Below, piece by piece: positions 1-9,317 of a stretch of DNA of 34,357 nt; position 1 is the first letter of the stretch, and the number at the start of each line of letters is the position of its first letter. This stretch comes from Candidatus Poseidoniia archaeon (lineage in GTDB: Archaea; Thermoplasmatota; Poseidoniia; MGIII; CG-Epi1). Where the stretch lies: assembly GCA_022449705.1 (NCBI GenBank), contig JAKURS010000002.1, positions 1 to 34,357 on the forward strand, in the 5' to 3' direction. The position numbers and the translations under genes are program-made. The notes under the pieces were generated by a model, which saw nothing but the letters and a program-made list of their open reading frames with translations, made no database searches and had not been told where the DNA came from.

Positions 1-943
1 CGTTGTGCTCGTAAAGGTCGTAGTCCGCCTCCGAGCGGCCGTTCTGCGCCCAGAGCTGCTGCACCGCGGGGACCGGCGCCCACATCACCTCCATCGGCGC
101 CAGCCCGGTCGCCGCCTGCGCGGTGATGGTCGCCAGCGGCGTGATGCCCCCGGCCTCGGCAGCTTCGCGCGCCATCACCACCAGCGCTGCGCCGCCGTCG
201 GAAATCTGCGAAGCGTTGCCGGCGGTCACGACGCCGTCGGCGCCGAAGACCGGCTTCAGCGCCGCTAGCGCCTCGGCCGACGCGTCGTGTCGAAAACCCT
301 CGTCGCGCGTTACGTCGCCTTGCGGGGTCGTGACGGGGGTGATTTCGTCATCATACCAGCCGGCGTCGGTGGCGTGCGCGGCGCGGCGGTGCGACTCGAG
401 CGCGAAGCCGTCGCTGTCGGCGCGGCTGACGCCGCGCGTCGCGGCAACATGGTCGCCGGTGCACCCCATGGCGATGTCGTGGTAGGGGTCACAGAGTCCG
501 TCGTGGAACAGGTGGTCGACCGGCTCGCCTTCGGGGTCGGGCTTCCACTTCTGGCGGCCGATGAGGAACGGCGTGCGTGACATCGATTCCATCCCGCCCG
601 CGACGACGACGTCGTGCTCACCGGCGCGGATGCTGTTGGCCGCGTTCATCAGCGCCTTCATCCCCGAGCCGCACATCTTGTTGATATTGTAGGCCGGGAC
701 CGAATCGGGGATTCCGCCGCCGAGCGCCGCCTGACGGGTGGGGTGCTGCCCCAGCCCGGCCGGGAGCACGAGGCCCATAATCACTTCGCCGACCGCTTCC
801 GGCGCGATGCCGGCGCGGGCGACCGCGGCCCGGATGGCGGTCGCGCCGAGTTCTGGCGCACTGACCCCAGCCAGCGCGCCACCGAACTTGCCTTGCGGCG
901 TGCGGGCGAAGCCGATGATAACCGGGTCACGGGGAGCGAACAT
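1..943 (-). CDS. Acetyl-CoA acetyltransferase (thiolase), 3' end runs off the window
   Basis: Not in the ORF track. Manual translation from ATG 943 gives MFAPRDPVIIGFARTPQGKFGGALAGVSAPELGATAIRAAV...NINKMCGSGMKA (catalytic Cys)...YDLYEHN at the window edge (start of the NEAF motif). Confidence 0.95.
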   Translation of the reverse strand, partial: MFAPRDPVIIGFARTPQGKFGGALAGVSAPELGATAIRAAVARAGIAPEAVGEVIMGLVLPAGLGQHPTRQAALGGGIPDSVPAYNINKMCGSGMKALMNAANSIRAGEHDVVVAGGMESMSRTPFLIGRQKWKPDPEGEPVDHLFHDGLCDPYHDIAMGCTGDHVAATRGVSRADSDGFALESHRRAAHATDAGWYDDEITPVTTPQGDVTRDEGFRHDASAEALAALKPVFGADGVVTAGNASQISDGGAALVVMAREAAEAGGITPLATITAQAATGLAPMEVMWAPVPAVQQLWAQNGRSEADYDLYEHN

Positions 944-959
944 TGACGGGGGAGTGTCG

Positions 960-995
960 CGGGAATAATAGCACTTGGGGGAAGTCATTAAACCG
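960..995. promoter_or_regulatory. Divergent TATA-like elements for thiolase (-) and valS (+)
   Basis: TTAAA at 988-992 lies ~25 nt before valS ATG 1018. TATTATT on the minus strand (964-970) lies ~20 nt before thiolase ATG 943. Spacing fits leaderless transcripts. Confidence 0.55.
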
Positions 996-1017
996 GCAGC
1001 AGGGTCCGCAGCGCGCC

Positions 1018-3510
1018 ATGCCAGAATTCCGGATTTCCGAGAAACGCTGGTCGGTCGACCTGGAGCAGCGCATCCAGCAGGAGCACTACGCCGATGATGA
1101 GGCGTACCAGCGCCGCTACGGTTTCGACCCCGCTTCGGGGCGCGAGCTGTTCGTGATTGACACGCCGCCGCCCTACCCGTCGGGGACGTGGCACATCGGC
1201 GCGGTCGCGCACTATTCGATGATTGACGTTATAGCGCGCACTCAGCGCCTGCTCGGCAAGGAAGTAAAATTCCCGTGGGGCGTCGACCGCAACGGCATCA
1301 ACGTAGAGTTCACTGTTGAGAAGAAGCACGGTCGCAAGATGCGCAGCTGGGAGCGCGGCGAGTTCCTGGAATTGTGCCGCGAGACCATCGAGGGCTACAC
1401 CCGGGAGATGCGCAACATCGCGCGCCGTGTCGGGCTCTCGTGCGATTTCAGGAGCGAATACCAGACCGATTCCGCAGATTACCGCGCGGTGACGCAGTCC
1501 ATCTTCGTTGACCTGTTCCGCCGCGGTGAAATAGTCGAGGCGCTGAGGCCGAACCTCTATGACCCGATCGAGGGCACTACCATCGCCGAGGCGGAGGTGA
1601 CGCGGTTGCAGCGCCAGACCAAATTGCTGGACGTGCGCTGGTCGCCCGCCGACGGCGGCGATGATGTAATCATCTCGACCACACGCCCCGAACTAATCTG
1701 CGCCTGCGGCGTCGTCATTGTCCATCCCGACGACGAGCGCTACGCACACCTTGTCGGCCAGAAGCTGCGGCTGCCGCTGCCGGTGGGCGACCGTCCCACC
1801 GAGGTGGAGGTGTGCACCCGCTCCAGCGTTGACATGGAGTTCGGCAGTGGGGTGCTGATGGTCTGCTCCTTCGGCGACCAGAACGATGTCGCGGTCTTCC
1901 GCGAAATGCGGCTGGAACCATTCCCCGCCATTGGCCTTGACGGTTGCATGACCGCGGTCGCGGGACCGCTGGCCGACCTGCCGGTGGCGGAGGCGCGGAA
2001 GCGCGCGACCGAGCTGCTCGAAACGGAGGACCGCATCGCCGCTAGCGTCGAGCGCGAGCAGGAAATCCCGGTCTCCGAGCGCGGCAAGAATCCAATCGAG
2101 ATTATCCTGCTCAAGGAGTGGTATGTGCGGCAGACGCACGTCCTGGAACGGATGCGCGAGCTGGCGGACAAAATTAATTTTGTCCCACCACGCAACAAGC
2201 AGTTCCTGCTCGACTGGATGGACGGCGTCACCATCGACTGGCCGGTCTCGCGCCGTCGCTGGTACCACACCGAAATCCCAGTCTGGTATTCCGCCGACCG
2301 CACGCGCGTCATCGTGCCACCCGCCGGCAGCTACGTCCAGCCCTGGCGCGAGGCGCCTCCTGCCGGTTCGACAGTCTTGGACCGTGAAAGCCGCGTGGAG
2401 TTGGGAAGCTACGAAACGCTCGCGCCGGAGCTGGGGGAGCTGGAGGGCGAGGAGAAGGTGTTTGACACCTGGATGGACTCGTCGAATTCGAACCTGTTCG
2501 TCAGCGGCTACCTCCGTGATGACGAACTCTTCGCCCGCGCGTTCCCGACCGCGTTACGCCCGCAGGGAAAGGAAATCGTCCGCACCTGGCTCTACTACAC
2601 GTTGCTCAAGAGCGCGCTACTGCTCGACAAACCGGGCTTCGCCAACGTCTGGATTGACGGGCTGGGGATGGACCCGTGGGGGCGCAAGATGTCCAAGTCG
2701 CTCGGCAACGGCATCGACGCAGAGTCGGTGCTCGAGTGCGGTGCCGGCGGTCGTACCGGCAGCTGGAAAATCCGCGGCCCGGGCGGGAAGCATGTGACGC
2801 TGCGCGCCAGCAAGGTGGGCTCCGAGTGCTTCCGGCTCTGGAAGGCGTGCGACGCGCAGGTGGGCGACGACTTCCAGATTAACCCGGAGGAAATCGAGGC
2901 GAAGTATTTCGGCGTGCTCACGAAGATTTTCAACGTCGCGCGCTTCGCATCGCAATTCCCTGTTCCGGAAATGGAACAGCATCCTGAACTGGCGCCGGAG
3001 GACCGCTGGCTGCTGGCCGAGTTCAGCGCGGTGCTAGACACGGTCCAGAGTGGCTATGCTGCCATTGACATCTTCCGTGGCGGACAGGCGCTGAAGCAGT
3101 TTGGTACCGGCCTCTTCCCGAGCCACTGGCTCGAGATGGCCAAGCAGCGGCTCTACTCTGGCGACGCCTCGGCGACCTGGACGCTGCACCGGGCGCTGCA
3201 CGACCTGCTGGTAATGCTCTCGCCCATTTGCCCCTTCTTCTGCCACTACCTCTCGGAAACGCTCTATGACCGCAGCGCGGTTGAGGAGCGCGACTTCCCC
3301 GCACCACCGCTGGGCGAACTGGCCACCGGCACGCCGGAAGGCGATCGGCTTCGTGGCCTGACCGCCGCACTGGTTGAATTCAACTCGGCAACTTGGAAGT
3401 CGAAGAAGGATGCTGGCCTTTCGCTCGCTGCTGAAATTGCTGGCATCACGGTGCCGGAAGCACTCGCGGAGTTCAGCGATGCGCTGCAGGCGATGCATAG
3501 GTTGGCCTGA
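1018..3510 (+). CDS. valS: Valyl-tRNA synthetase, archaeal type
   Basis: DTPPPYPSGTWHIGA (HIGH-like), TTRPEL editing-domain motif, DWPVSRRR, VFDTWMDSS, KMSKS; no bacterial C-terminal coiled coil. Start set at ATG 1018 (MPEFRISEKRW) rather than the ORF-track start at 943. Confidence 0.96.
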   Translation: MPEFRISEKRWSVDLEQRIQQEHYADDEAYQRRYGFDPASGRELFVIDTPPPYPSGTWHIGAVAHYSMIDVIARTQRLLGKEVKFPWGVDRNGINVEFTVEKKHGRKMRSWERGEFLELCRETIEGYTREMRNIARRVGLSCDFRSEYQTDSADYRAVTQSIFVDLFRRGEIVEALRPNLYDPIEGTTIAEAEVTRLQRQTKLLDVRWSPADGGDDVIISTTRPELICACGVVIVHPDDERYAHLVGQKLRLPLPVGDRPTEVEVCTRSSVDMEFGSGVLMVCSFGDQNDVAVFREMRLEPFPAIGLDGCMTAVAGPLADLPVAEARKRATELLETEDRIAASVEREQEIPVSERGKNPIEIILLKEWYVRQTHVLERMRELADKINFVPPRNKQFLLDWMDGVTIDWPVSRRRWYHTEIPVWYSADRTRVIVPPAGSYVQPWREAPPAGSTVLDRESRVELGSYETLAPELGELEGEEKVFDTWMDSSNSNLFVSGYLRDDELFARAFPTALRPQGKEIVRTWLYYTLLKSALLLDKPGFANVWIDGLGMDPWGRKMSKSLGNGIDAESVLECGAGGRTGSWKIRGPGGKHVTLRASKVGSECFRLWKACDAQVGDDFQINPEEIEAKYFGVLTKIFNVARFASQFPVPEMEQHPELAPEDRWLLAEFSAVLDTVQSGYAAIDIFRGGQALKQFGTGLFPSHWLEMAKQRLYSGDASATWTLHRALHDLLVMLSPICPFFCHYLSETLYDRSAVEERDFPAPPLGELATGTPEGDRLRGLTAALVEFNSATWKSKKDAGLSLAAEIAGITVPEALAEFSDALQAMHRLA

Positions 3511-3525
3511 TTTCCCTGACGACCG

Positions 3526-4341
3526 CTATTTAAACTCACGAAGTGCGTTCGCGACCTCGATTGCCTGCCGCGTTGCCGTGACATCATGCACGCGCACGAT
3601 GTCAGCGCCCGCCAGCGCGCCGGCGACCGCGCCGGCGAGCGAGCCGGGCAGCCGCTGCTCCGGTTTGGCACCTACCAGCATCTTCAGCCACGACTTGCGG
3701 CTGGCGCCGAGCAGTACGCCACCCGCAATGCCCCGAAACTCGCCCAGCCGCGCCATCAGTGTCAGGTTGTGCTCTAATGTCTTTCCAAAGCCGATGCCGG
3801 GGTCGACGATGAGCTGGTCGCGCGCAATGCCTGCTGCTTCGGCGGTGGCGACGCGCTCTGCAAGCCATGCCTTCACGTCGGTGACGACCTCGTTGTAATC
3901 GGGGTCGCGCTGCATCGTCTCGGGCGTGCCTTGCATGTGCATTACCACCGCCGGGACGCCCAGCTCCGCCACTGTGGCAACCATTTCCGGGTCACGCAGC
4001 CCGCCGACGTCGTTGACCAGCACGGCGCCTGCTTCCACCGCAGCGCGCGCGACCGCCGGCTTGCGCGAGTCAATCGAGATCGGGATTTCCAGTTCTGCCG
4101 CGAGCGCAGTGATGACCGGCACGACTCGTTCGCGCTCCTCCGCTTCCGGGACCGGCGGTGCGCCAGGGCGGGTTGACTCGCCGCCGACGTCGATGATTTC
4201 AGCGCCGTTTGCGGCCATCTCGCGGCCGCGCGCGACTGCGGCTGCGTTGTAGTGTCCGCCGTCGTAGAACGAGTCAGGTGTGACGTTCAGGATGCCCATC
4301 ACGCGACAGCGGCCGCCCAGCTCCAGGCTGCCGAGGCGCAT
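3526..4341 (-). CDS. folP: Dihydropteroate synthase
   Basis: VMGILNVTPDSFYDGG, IIDVGGESTRPGA, VVMHMQGTPETMQ, DPGIGFGK, GASRKS, IVRVHDV motifs. Confidence 0.97.
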   Translation of the reverse strand: MRLGSLELGGRCRVMGILNVTPDSFYDGGHYNAAAVARGREMAANGAEIIDVGGESTRPGAPPVPEAEERERVVPVITALAAELEIPISIDSRKPAVARAAVEAGAVLVNDVGGLRDPEMVATVAELGVPAVVMHMQGTPETMQRDPDYNEVVTDVKAWLAERVATAEAAGIARDQLIVDPGIGFGKTLEHNLTLMARLGEFRGIAGGVLLGASRKSWLKMLVGAKPEQRLPGSLAGAVAGALAGADIVRVHDVTATRQAIEVANALREFK

Positions 4342-7300
4342 CTACTCGCGCAGGATGAACTGCGACTGGCAGTGGGGGCAGCCGACCTGGATGGGGCGCT
4401 GCGGCGTGTGGACCGCGAGGGTGCTGTTGCACGATGGGCACGCCAGCTCGAGTGGGCCGTCCACCGTATCTTCGAACTCCGCTTCTCCATCGCCACCGCG
4501 CAGCCGTCCTACCACCATCGCACCGCCCGCCAGCAGCACCGTTCCGAGCAGTACCAGCCCCAGCAGCTTCATCAGGTCCAGCCCCTCCCCGTCGCCGCCG
4601 TTGGTAGTAGTCACGGGCCCCTTTACCATCACCTGCACCGTATTGCTGCTGGTTCTTTCGCCGCGCTCGTCTTCGACAATGACCGTGGCGGTGTAAGTGC
4701 CGGGGGTGTTGAACACCTTGCTGAAGCTGCCCTTGTTGCGGTCGCTAATCAAGTTCACTGGATTGCCCAGCGAATCGATTACGGACCAGTCAAAGATCAG
4801 TGCCGCATCGTCGCCGTCCGGGTCGCTCGACTCGGCCGCCGAGAAAGTGACCGCCTCACCGGTCTGCGCCTCGATTCCGGTGTCCGAAAAGATGGCGGTT
4901 CCCTCAACGAAGACCCCCACCCGCGCCATCGCCACCGGCGGCTGGTTAGTGGCTCGCGTGACCGTGACGTAGAACGGGTCCGACGGTCCGCTGGTGAGCA
5001 GGTCGTCATCGCCCAGCCCCGAGGATAATTCGCGCACGATGAGCCTCGCCTGATAGGTCATCTGGTTTCCACCGGCCGGCAGGGTGTAGTTGTAGCCGTT
5101 GCCGGTCAGGCCGGAGTTATCAATCTCCAAGAACTGGCCGTCCACCAGTTTGAAGACCCAGTCGCTGCCGCCGATCGACTTACGGACCAGGTCGCCGCTT
5201 TCCAGATCACCGTCCGGGTTGAAGACCGGGTTGCGGTAGAGCAGTGTCACCCCCCCTTCCTCCAGCCAGTCGCTATAGACCCCGTCGCCGAATATGAGGC
5301 GGTACTCCAGATCGGCCCGGTCGTCCGGGTCGTACGAGGTAGAGAAGTCGAAGGTGACATGCCCGCCCAGTGCGACAGCCGTAGTGTTGCCGTTCAGCAC
5401 CGCCACCGGCTGGCTGTTGGCCTTCACTGTCAGCGAGAGTATGACTTCTTCCGACGGCAGGCTCCGGCTGTCGCGCACCTGCACCCGTATCAGGTAGTCA
5501 CCCGGATTGCTGAATTCGACATCCTCGTCCCAGTCGTAGCGCCAGGAGGTCCACCCCCCGGCGTAGTAGCGGTACTGCAGGTCAGTCAGTTCGTCATCGC
5601 CATCCGCCGTACCGTTGGTGGTTTCGTTGTCCCACGAGCCGCTGGCATCAACCCGCACCTTTTCGTCGACCCACACCGTCGCGATATCGAGCGTGGCGAC
5701 CGCGTGCGGCGCGTCATTGGGCACTGCGTCCACATCCACCGTCGTGAAGTCGGCGTTGTTGCTCTTGCGCGTCTCCTGGCCCGAGAGGTCGGTCATCTCG
5801 GCATACACCTCGTGGTAGCCCGGGTCCAGCTTCAGGTAGCCCCATCCCAGCTCCAGGCTCAGCTCGGCCCCCGGCGCGAGCACCTGACAGCCCACTGGCT
5901 GGCCTTCCTCACCAGCGCGGCACTCGAACTCGCGCACCTCGTTTGATGGCCGGGGCTCACCGTCGTAGATAGTGAGCCGCCATTTGCTGGTCGCGGCGCC
6001 GCCCACGTTGCGGAAGGTGACGTTCACCAGCAGGTCGTTGTCCTCGCTGGGGCGCTCGCTGTCGGCCGCTGCCGGCTCCTCGCCGCCGACACCGTTCCAG
6101 CTGATAGCAATATCATCGCCCACGACCACCAGGTCGGGGGTGTTGGTTTGCCCCACCGAGGTCATGACCCACAGGTAGACGTTGCTGCCCGCGATGATTT
6201 CAGGGACCCCGTCGCCCTGCAGGTCCGCCACTCTCAGCCCGCCATAGTGCCCAGTCATCCCGGAGAGCGCGCTGGTCTTGGCTTCATATTCCCTGGTTTC
6301 GCCGTCGTAAATGTAGAGTTCGCCGCCGTTGGTGCCCCATATCAGCTCGGAACGGGTATCGTTGTCGAAATCCCCGCCAGTGACACCCCAGACGGAGCCG
6401 GTGTCCAACTCGCGGTCCCACTCCTGTACGCGGCTCTCACCATTGTAGATGATAATGCGTGCCTTTTCGTCGCCTTTCTTGGCGGTGCCAACCAGGATTT
6501 CGATATCACCGTCATTATCCACGTCCGACAGCGCCAGCCCGTACGCCTCATTCCGGTCGGTGTCAATGATGCCTCCATCAAGCGAATAGCTGCCGCTGCT
6601 GGCACGGTAGATCCGCACATCCCCCGACGCGGTGCCCGCCAACAGTTCATTCTGCGCGTCGTCATCGGCGTTGCCGGCCGCCAGCCCCACCACTACTTCT
6701 TCCAGGTCGCCGCTGCTCCACTCCTCGCCGTAGTCGCTGCCATCGTAGCCGAAGACCCGCACTTCGCCGTGTGGGTATGGAATCATCTCGCTTCCTGACA
6801 GGACATACTCGATGTAGCCGGTGGCAATCCCGATTTCGGGATAGGTAGAGTCGTCCAGCTCCGCCACCGCCAGCCCCAGCGCCGAGTCGATGTTGTCGCT
6901 CTGGTAACTCTGGGTAAAGCTGCCGCCGGAGCGGTCGAAGATGTAGAGATAGCCTTCGCCCCCTTCACCACTCACGCGCCCCTCGTCAGGGGCACCGGTA
7001 CTGATTGCAATCTCCACCTCGCCGTCGTTGTCCAGGTCCGCCACCACGATGCCGACCGGCAGTTTTTCCAGCACCGGGCTGACCCAATCCACGACGTGGG
7101 TCTCGCCGTCAAAGGCGATAACCTGTCCCGAGCCGCAGCCGACCAGCACCTCCAGCGCCGGATCATCATCGATGTTGCCAGTGGCGATACCCCAGGTCTG
7201 TCCGCCCGGCAGGCTGTAGACCGGGCTCCACTCACCCTGCTGGGGCATGCTGCTCCAGACCAGTTGCGGGGCGTTGTTGCCGTCAATCTCCCACGCCTTC

Positions 7301-8493
7301 AGGATACCATTGTCACCGCCGTGGATGACCCACGGTTTGGCGTGCGTCAGCGAGACCGTAACGCCAGCGCCGTTGCTCATCGATTCGCCGCTGTCCCACT
7401 CCAGCCGGGTCAGTAGCGAGGAGCCGCTCAGCTCGAGCACATACAGGTCACCGTTCCCGACGGCGACCACCAGCTCCAGGTTGTCGTCGCTGAAGCCGAG
7501 GTCAACTGCTTCCAGCCCGTACGCCGCTTTCAGGTCGGTTCGCTGTACATCCGGGTCTTCGTTCTGTCCTAAGGCACCATTGCGGAACACGGCTAGCTTA
7601 TCGGCGCAGCCGACGACCAGTTCGTCGATGCCGTTACCGTCCAGATCAGCCGCTAGCAGGCCGTAGCAGTAGCCGTCTAAACTGCCACCGAACTTGTAGC
7701 GCCCCTCCCGGTCACCGGTCTGCCCGTCGAAGACGCCGACCCAGCCCTGCTTGGTGCCGACCGCGATTTCCAGCGCGGGGTCGCTGTCGAGCTGCCCTAT
7801 CACGACGCCCCAGACATTCTCGATCTGTTCATTATTGAAGTCCTCTTGCAGGTCGAGGTTCCACTCCGCCTCATCTGGGAAGATTTCATGGTCCTCTTGA
7901 GACCAGCTCTCGGGAGTCACCGCGTCAACGACCCACAGGTGCCCCAGATCGGCCCCCATCGCCAGTTCGGTTTTTCCGTCGCCATCCAGATCGCCTGCCG
8001 CCAGCCCGTACGGCTCCATCTCTGCATCGGTGGGGTTGTAGCCGTTGGCCCAGGCGATGCCAGAGGACCAGTTATCCTCCGACCGCAGTTCTTTTCCGTC
8101 CAGAATGCGCACCTTGGCACCGCCCGACGACTTGTAGCCATATACAATCTCCAATGCGTCGTCGCCATCGAGCTGGTCGACAATCAGTCCCTTGACGGTA
8201 CTTCCCAGGTCGACCGACTGTAGCTGGCTGCTGTACTTGCCATGGGTCGTGTTCCAGTCCAGCACGTGCAGGTACCCCTGCGCGTTGCCAACCACCAGCT
8301 CATCTTCCCCGTCGCCATCGATGTCAGCCGCTACGATGGAGTCAAGCGCCCCCAGTGCGGTGCCCAGTCCTGCACTCCATTGCTCGCTCAGGTATTCCCG
8401 GTCGGTGTCCGAACGTTCGTCATTCCCCGCCTCGGCGGGTGGGAGCGCCGGGAGCAGCATCAGGACAAGCAGTATCGACAGTAGGCGTCGCAT
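4342..8493 (-). CDS. Large membrane-anchored surface protein: FG-GAP/VCBS-like repeats, CARDB and PKD-like domains, TM helix, C-terminal Zn ribbon
   Basis: Signal peptide MRRLLSILLVLMLLPALPPAEA; about 12-13 D-x-D-x-D-G-x-x-E-hhh-G repeats (ADIDGDGEDELVVG, GDLDGDGKTELAMG, SDVDNDGDIEILVG); PDLVV...NVTFRNVGG (CARDB-like); N-x-P-V-A...FD.S.S.DPD (PKD-like); TM LLGLVLLGTVLLAGGAMVV; CPSC...CPHC tail. Confidence 0.9.
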   Translation of the reverse strand: MRRLLSILLVLMLLPALPPAEAGNDERSDTDREYLSEQWSAGLGTALGALDSIVAADIDGDGEDELVVGNAQGYLHVLDWNTTHGKYSSQLQSVDLGSTVKGLIVDQLDGDDALEIVYGYKSSGGAKVRILDGKELRSEDNWSSGIAWANGYNPTDAEMEPYGLAAGDLDGDGKTELAMGADLGHLWVVDAVTPESWSQEDHEIFPDEAEWNLDLQEDFNNEQIENVWGVVIGQLDSDPALEIAVGTKQGWVGVFDGQTGDREGRYKFGGSLDGYCYGLLAADLDGNGIDELVVGCADKLAVFRNGALGQNEDPDVQRTDLKAAYGLEAVDLGFSDDNLELVVAVGNGDLYVLELSGSSLLTRLEWDSGESMSNGAGVTVSLTHAKPWVIHGGDNGILKAWEIDGNNAPQLVWSSMPQQGEWSPVYSLPGGQTWGIATGNIDDDPALEVLVGCGSGQVIAFDGETHVVDWVSPVLEKLPVGIVVADLDNDGEVEIAISTGAPDEGRVSGEGGEGYLYIFDRSGGSFTQSYQSDNIDSALGLAVAELDDSTYPEIGIATGYIEYVLSGSEMIPYPHGEVRVFGYDGSDYGEEWSSGDLEEVVVGLAAGNADDDAQNELLAGTASGDVRIYRASSGSYSLDGGIIDTDRNEAYGLALSDVDNDGDIEILVGTAKKGDEKARIIIYNGESRVQEWDRELDTGSVWGVTGGDFDNDTRSELIWGTNGGELYIYDGETREYEAKTSALSGMTGHYGGLRVADLQGDGVPEIIAGSNVYLWVMTSVGQTNTPDLVVVGDDIAISWNGVGGEEPAAADSERPSEDNDLLVNVTFRNVGGAATSKWRLTIYDGEPRPSNEVREFECRAGEEGQPVGCQVLAPGAELSLELGWGYLKLDPGYHEVYAEMTDLSGQETRKSNNADFTTVDVDAVPNDAPHAVATLDIATVWVDEKVRVDASGSWDNETTNGTADGDDELTDLQYRYYAGGWTSWRYDWDEDVEFSNPGDYLIRVQVRDSRSLPSEEVILSLTVKANSQPVAVLNGNTTAVALGGHVTFDFSTSYDPDDRADLEYRLIFGDGVYSDWLEEGGVTLLYRNPVFNPDGDLESGDLVRKSIGGSDWVFKLVDGQFLEIDNSGLTGNGYNYTLPAGGNQMTYQARLIVRELSSGLGDDDLLTSGPSDPFYVTVTRATNQPPVAMARVGVFVEGTAIFSDTGIEAQTGEAVTFSAAESSDPDGDDAALIFDWSVIDSLGNPVNLISDRNKGSFSKVFNTPGTYTATVIVEDERGERTSSNTVQVMVKGPVTTTNGGDGEGLDLMKLLGLVLLGTVLLAGGAMVVGRLRGGDGEAEFEDTVDGPLELACPSCNSTLAVHTPQRPIQVGCPHCQSQFILRE

Positions 8494-8553
8494 ACGTCGC
8501 CCGCACCGCTCTGGATATTTGTAGTTTACCGCTCCTTTTCCGTCGGCAATGGT

Positions 8554-8823
8554 TTACTCCTTGGACAGTCTGGCCTGTAGTGCTGCGTGCAGTTCCGCTT
8601 CGTCCAGCCCGTCGGTCTCGAGGCCCAGCCGCTCCGCCGCGGCGCGCAGCCGCTCCTCCTCGCTGCGCTCGCCAGCCGCGCCGAGCGGGAAGGCGTGGTA
8701 ACCCCGGAACTCCCGCCAGGCGACACCCAGCGAGCGCGCCGCCTCTGCCATTCGCTGAGGGCCAAGCAGCAACCACGCCAGCAGGCCGATGACCAGCAGC
8801 TCGAGCAGGCCGGGGCCGTTCAC
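8554..8823 (-). CDS. tatA: Twin-arginine translocase TatA/E family subunit
   Basis: N-terminal TM ELLVIGLLAWLLLG, then P-x-R-M-x-E-x-ARSLG-x-x-x-REFR amphipathic helix, then archaeal-type tail LGLETDGLDEAEL. GTG start overlaps the scpB stop (GTGA). Confidence 0.85.
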   Translation of the reverse strand: MNGPGLLELLVIGLLAWLLLGPQRMAEAARSLGVAWREFRGYHAFPLGAAGERSEEERLRAAAERLGLETDGLDEAELHAALQARLSKE

Positions 8824-9317
8824 GGGGCGCCAAGCGCCTGCTCCAGAAAAGCGCGCCGCTCCGCCTGCGTCGTGGCGCTGATGCCGAAATACTCGTCGAA
8901 TGCTTCCGTTACCGATAGCGCGAAGCTGCGGCCGGCGCGCTCCCGTTCAAGCATCCCCAGCTCGAGCAGCTCGCCGACATGCTCGTAGACCCGGGCGCCC
9001 ATGCGGCGCTTGAGCTCCGACTGCAGCATTGGCTGTTCGTGTGCTACCAGCGCCAGCGTCCGCAGCAGGTGTCCCGGGATTTCCTGCGGTGCCAGCCGGC
9101 GGCCATACGTAATCGCGTCGCGTCGCAACTGTAGCGCATACTTCTCGCCCAGCCGCACCACTTCCAGTGCACCTTCACGGCCGCGGCAGGCGGCGACTAG
9201 CTCCTGCAAGGCGCCATCCGCCGCCTTGAGGGGGAGTCCCGTGGCTTCAGCGACCTCCTGCGGTGTCAGCGGCCGGCCGGCAGAGAAGAGCGCCGCCTCG
9301 ACTGCCTTTGCGCTCAG
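8820..9317 (-). CDS. scpB: Segregation and condensation protein B (probable CTG start)
   Basis: Extending the frame upstream of the ORF-track start adds LSAKAVEAALFSAGRPLT (conserved ScpB N-terminus). Also LLRTLALVAHEQP...SEL...G...Y.HV.EL...G and T..F..YFG. Directly follows scpA. Confidence 0.92.
   Translation of the reverse strand: MSAKAVEAALFSAGRPLTPQEVAEATGLPLKAADGALQELVAACRGREGALEVVRLGEKYALQLRRDAITYGRRLAPQEIPGHLLRTLALVAHEQPMLQSELKRRMGARVYEHVGELLELGMLERERAGRSFALSVTEAFDEYFGISATTQAERRAFLEQALGAP

Noticed and set aside
943..1017. ORF-track N-terminal extension of valS from TTG 943
   Set aside because: It overlaps the thiolase start and both promoter boxes; ATG 1018 fits the TATA spacing.
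6150..8400. Recurring gtcgccgtc/gtcgtc-like DNA motifs as a repeat array or CRISPR
   Set aside because: They are codons for the Asp/Gly-rich protein repeats; there are no identical repeats with unique spacers and no cas genes.
8430..8493. Tat signal on the surface protein (MRRLL) next to tatA
   Set aside because: It lacks the S/T-R-R-x-F-L context and reads equally well as an ordinary Sec signal peptide.
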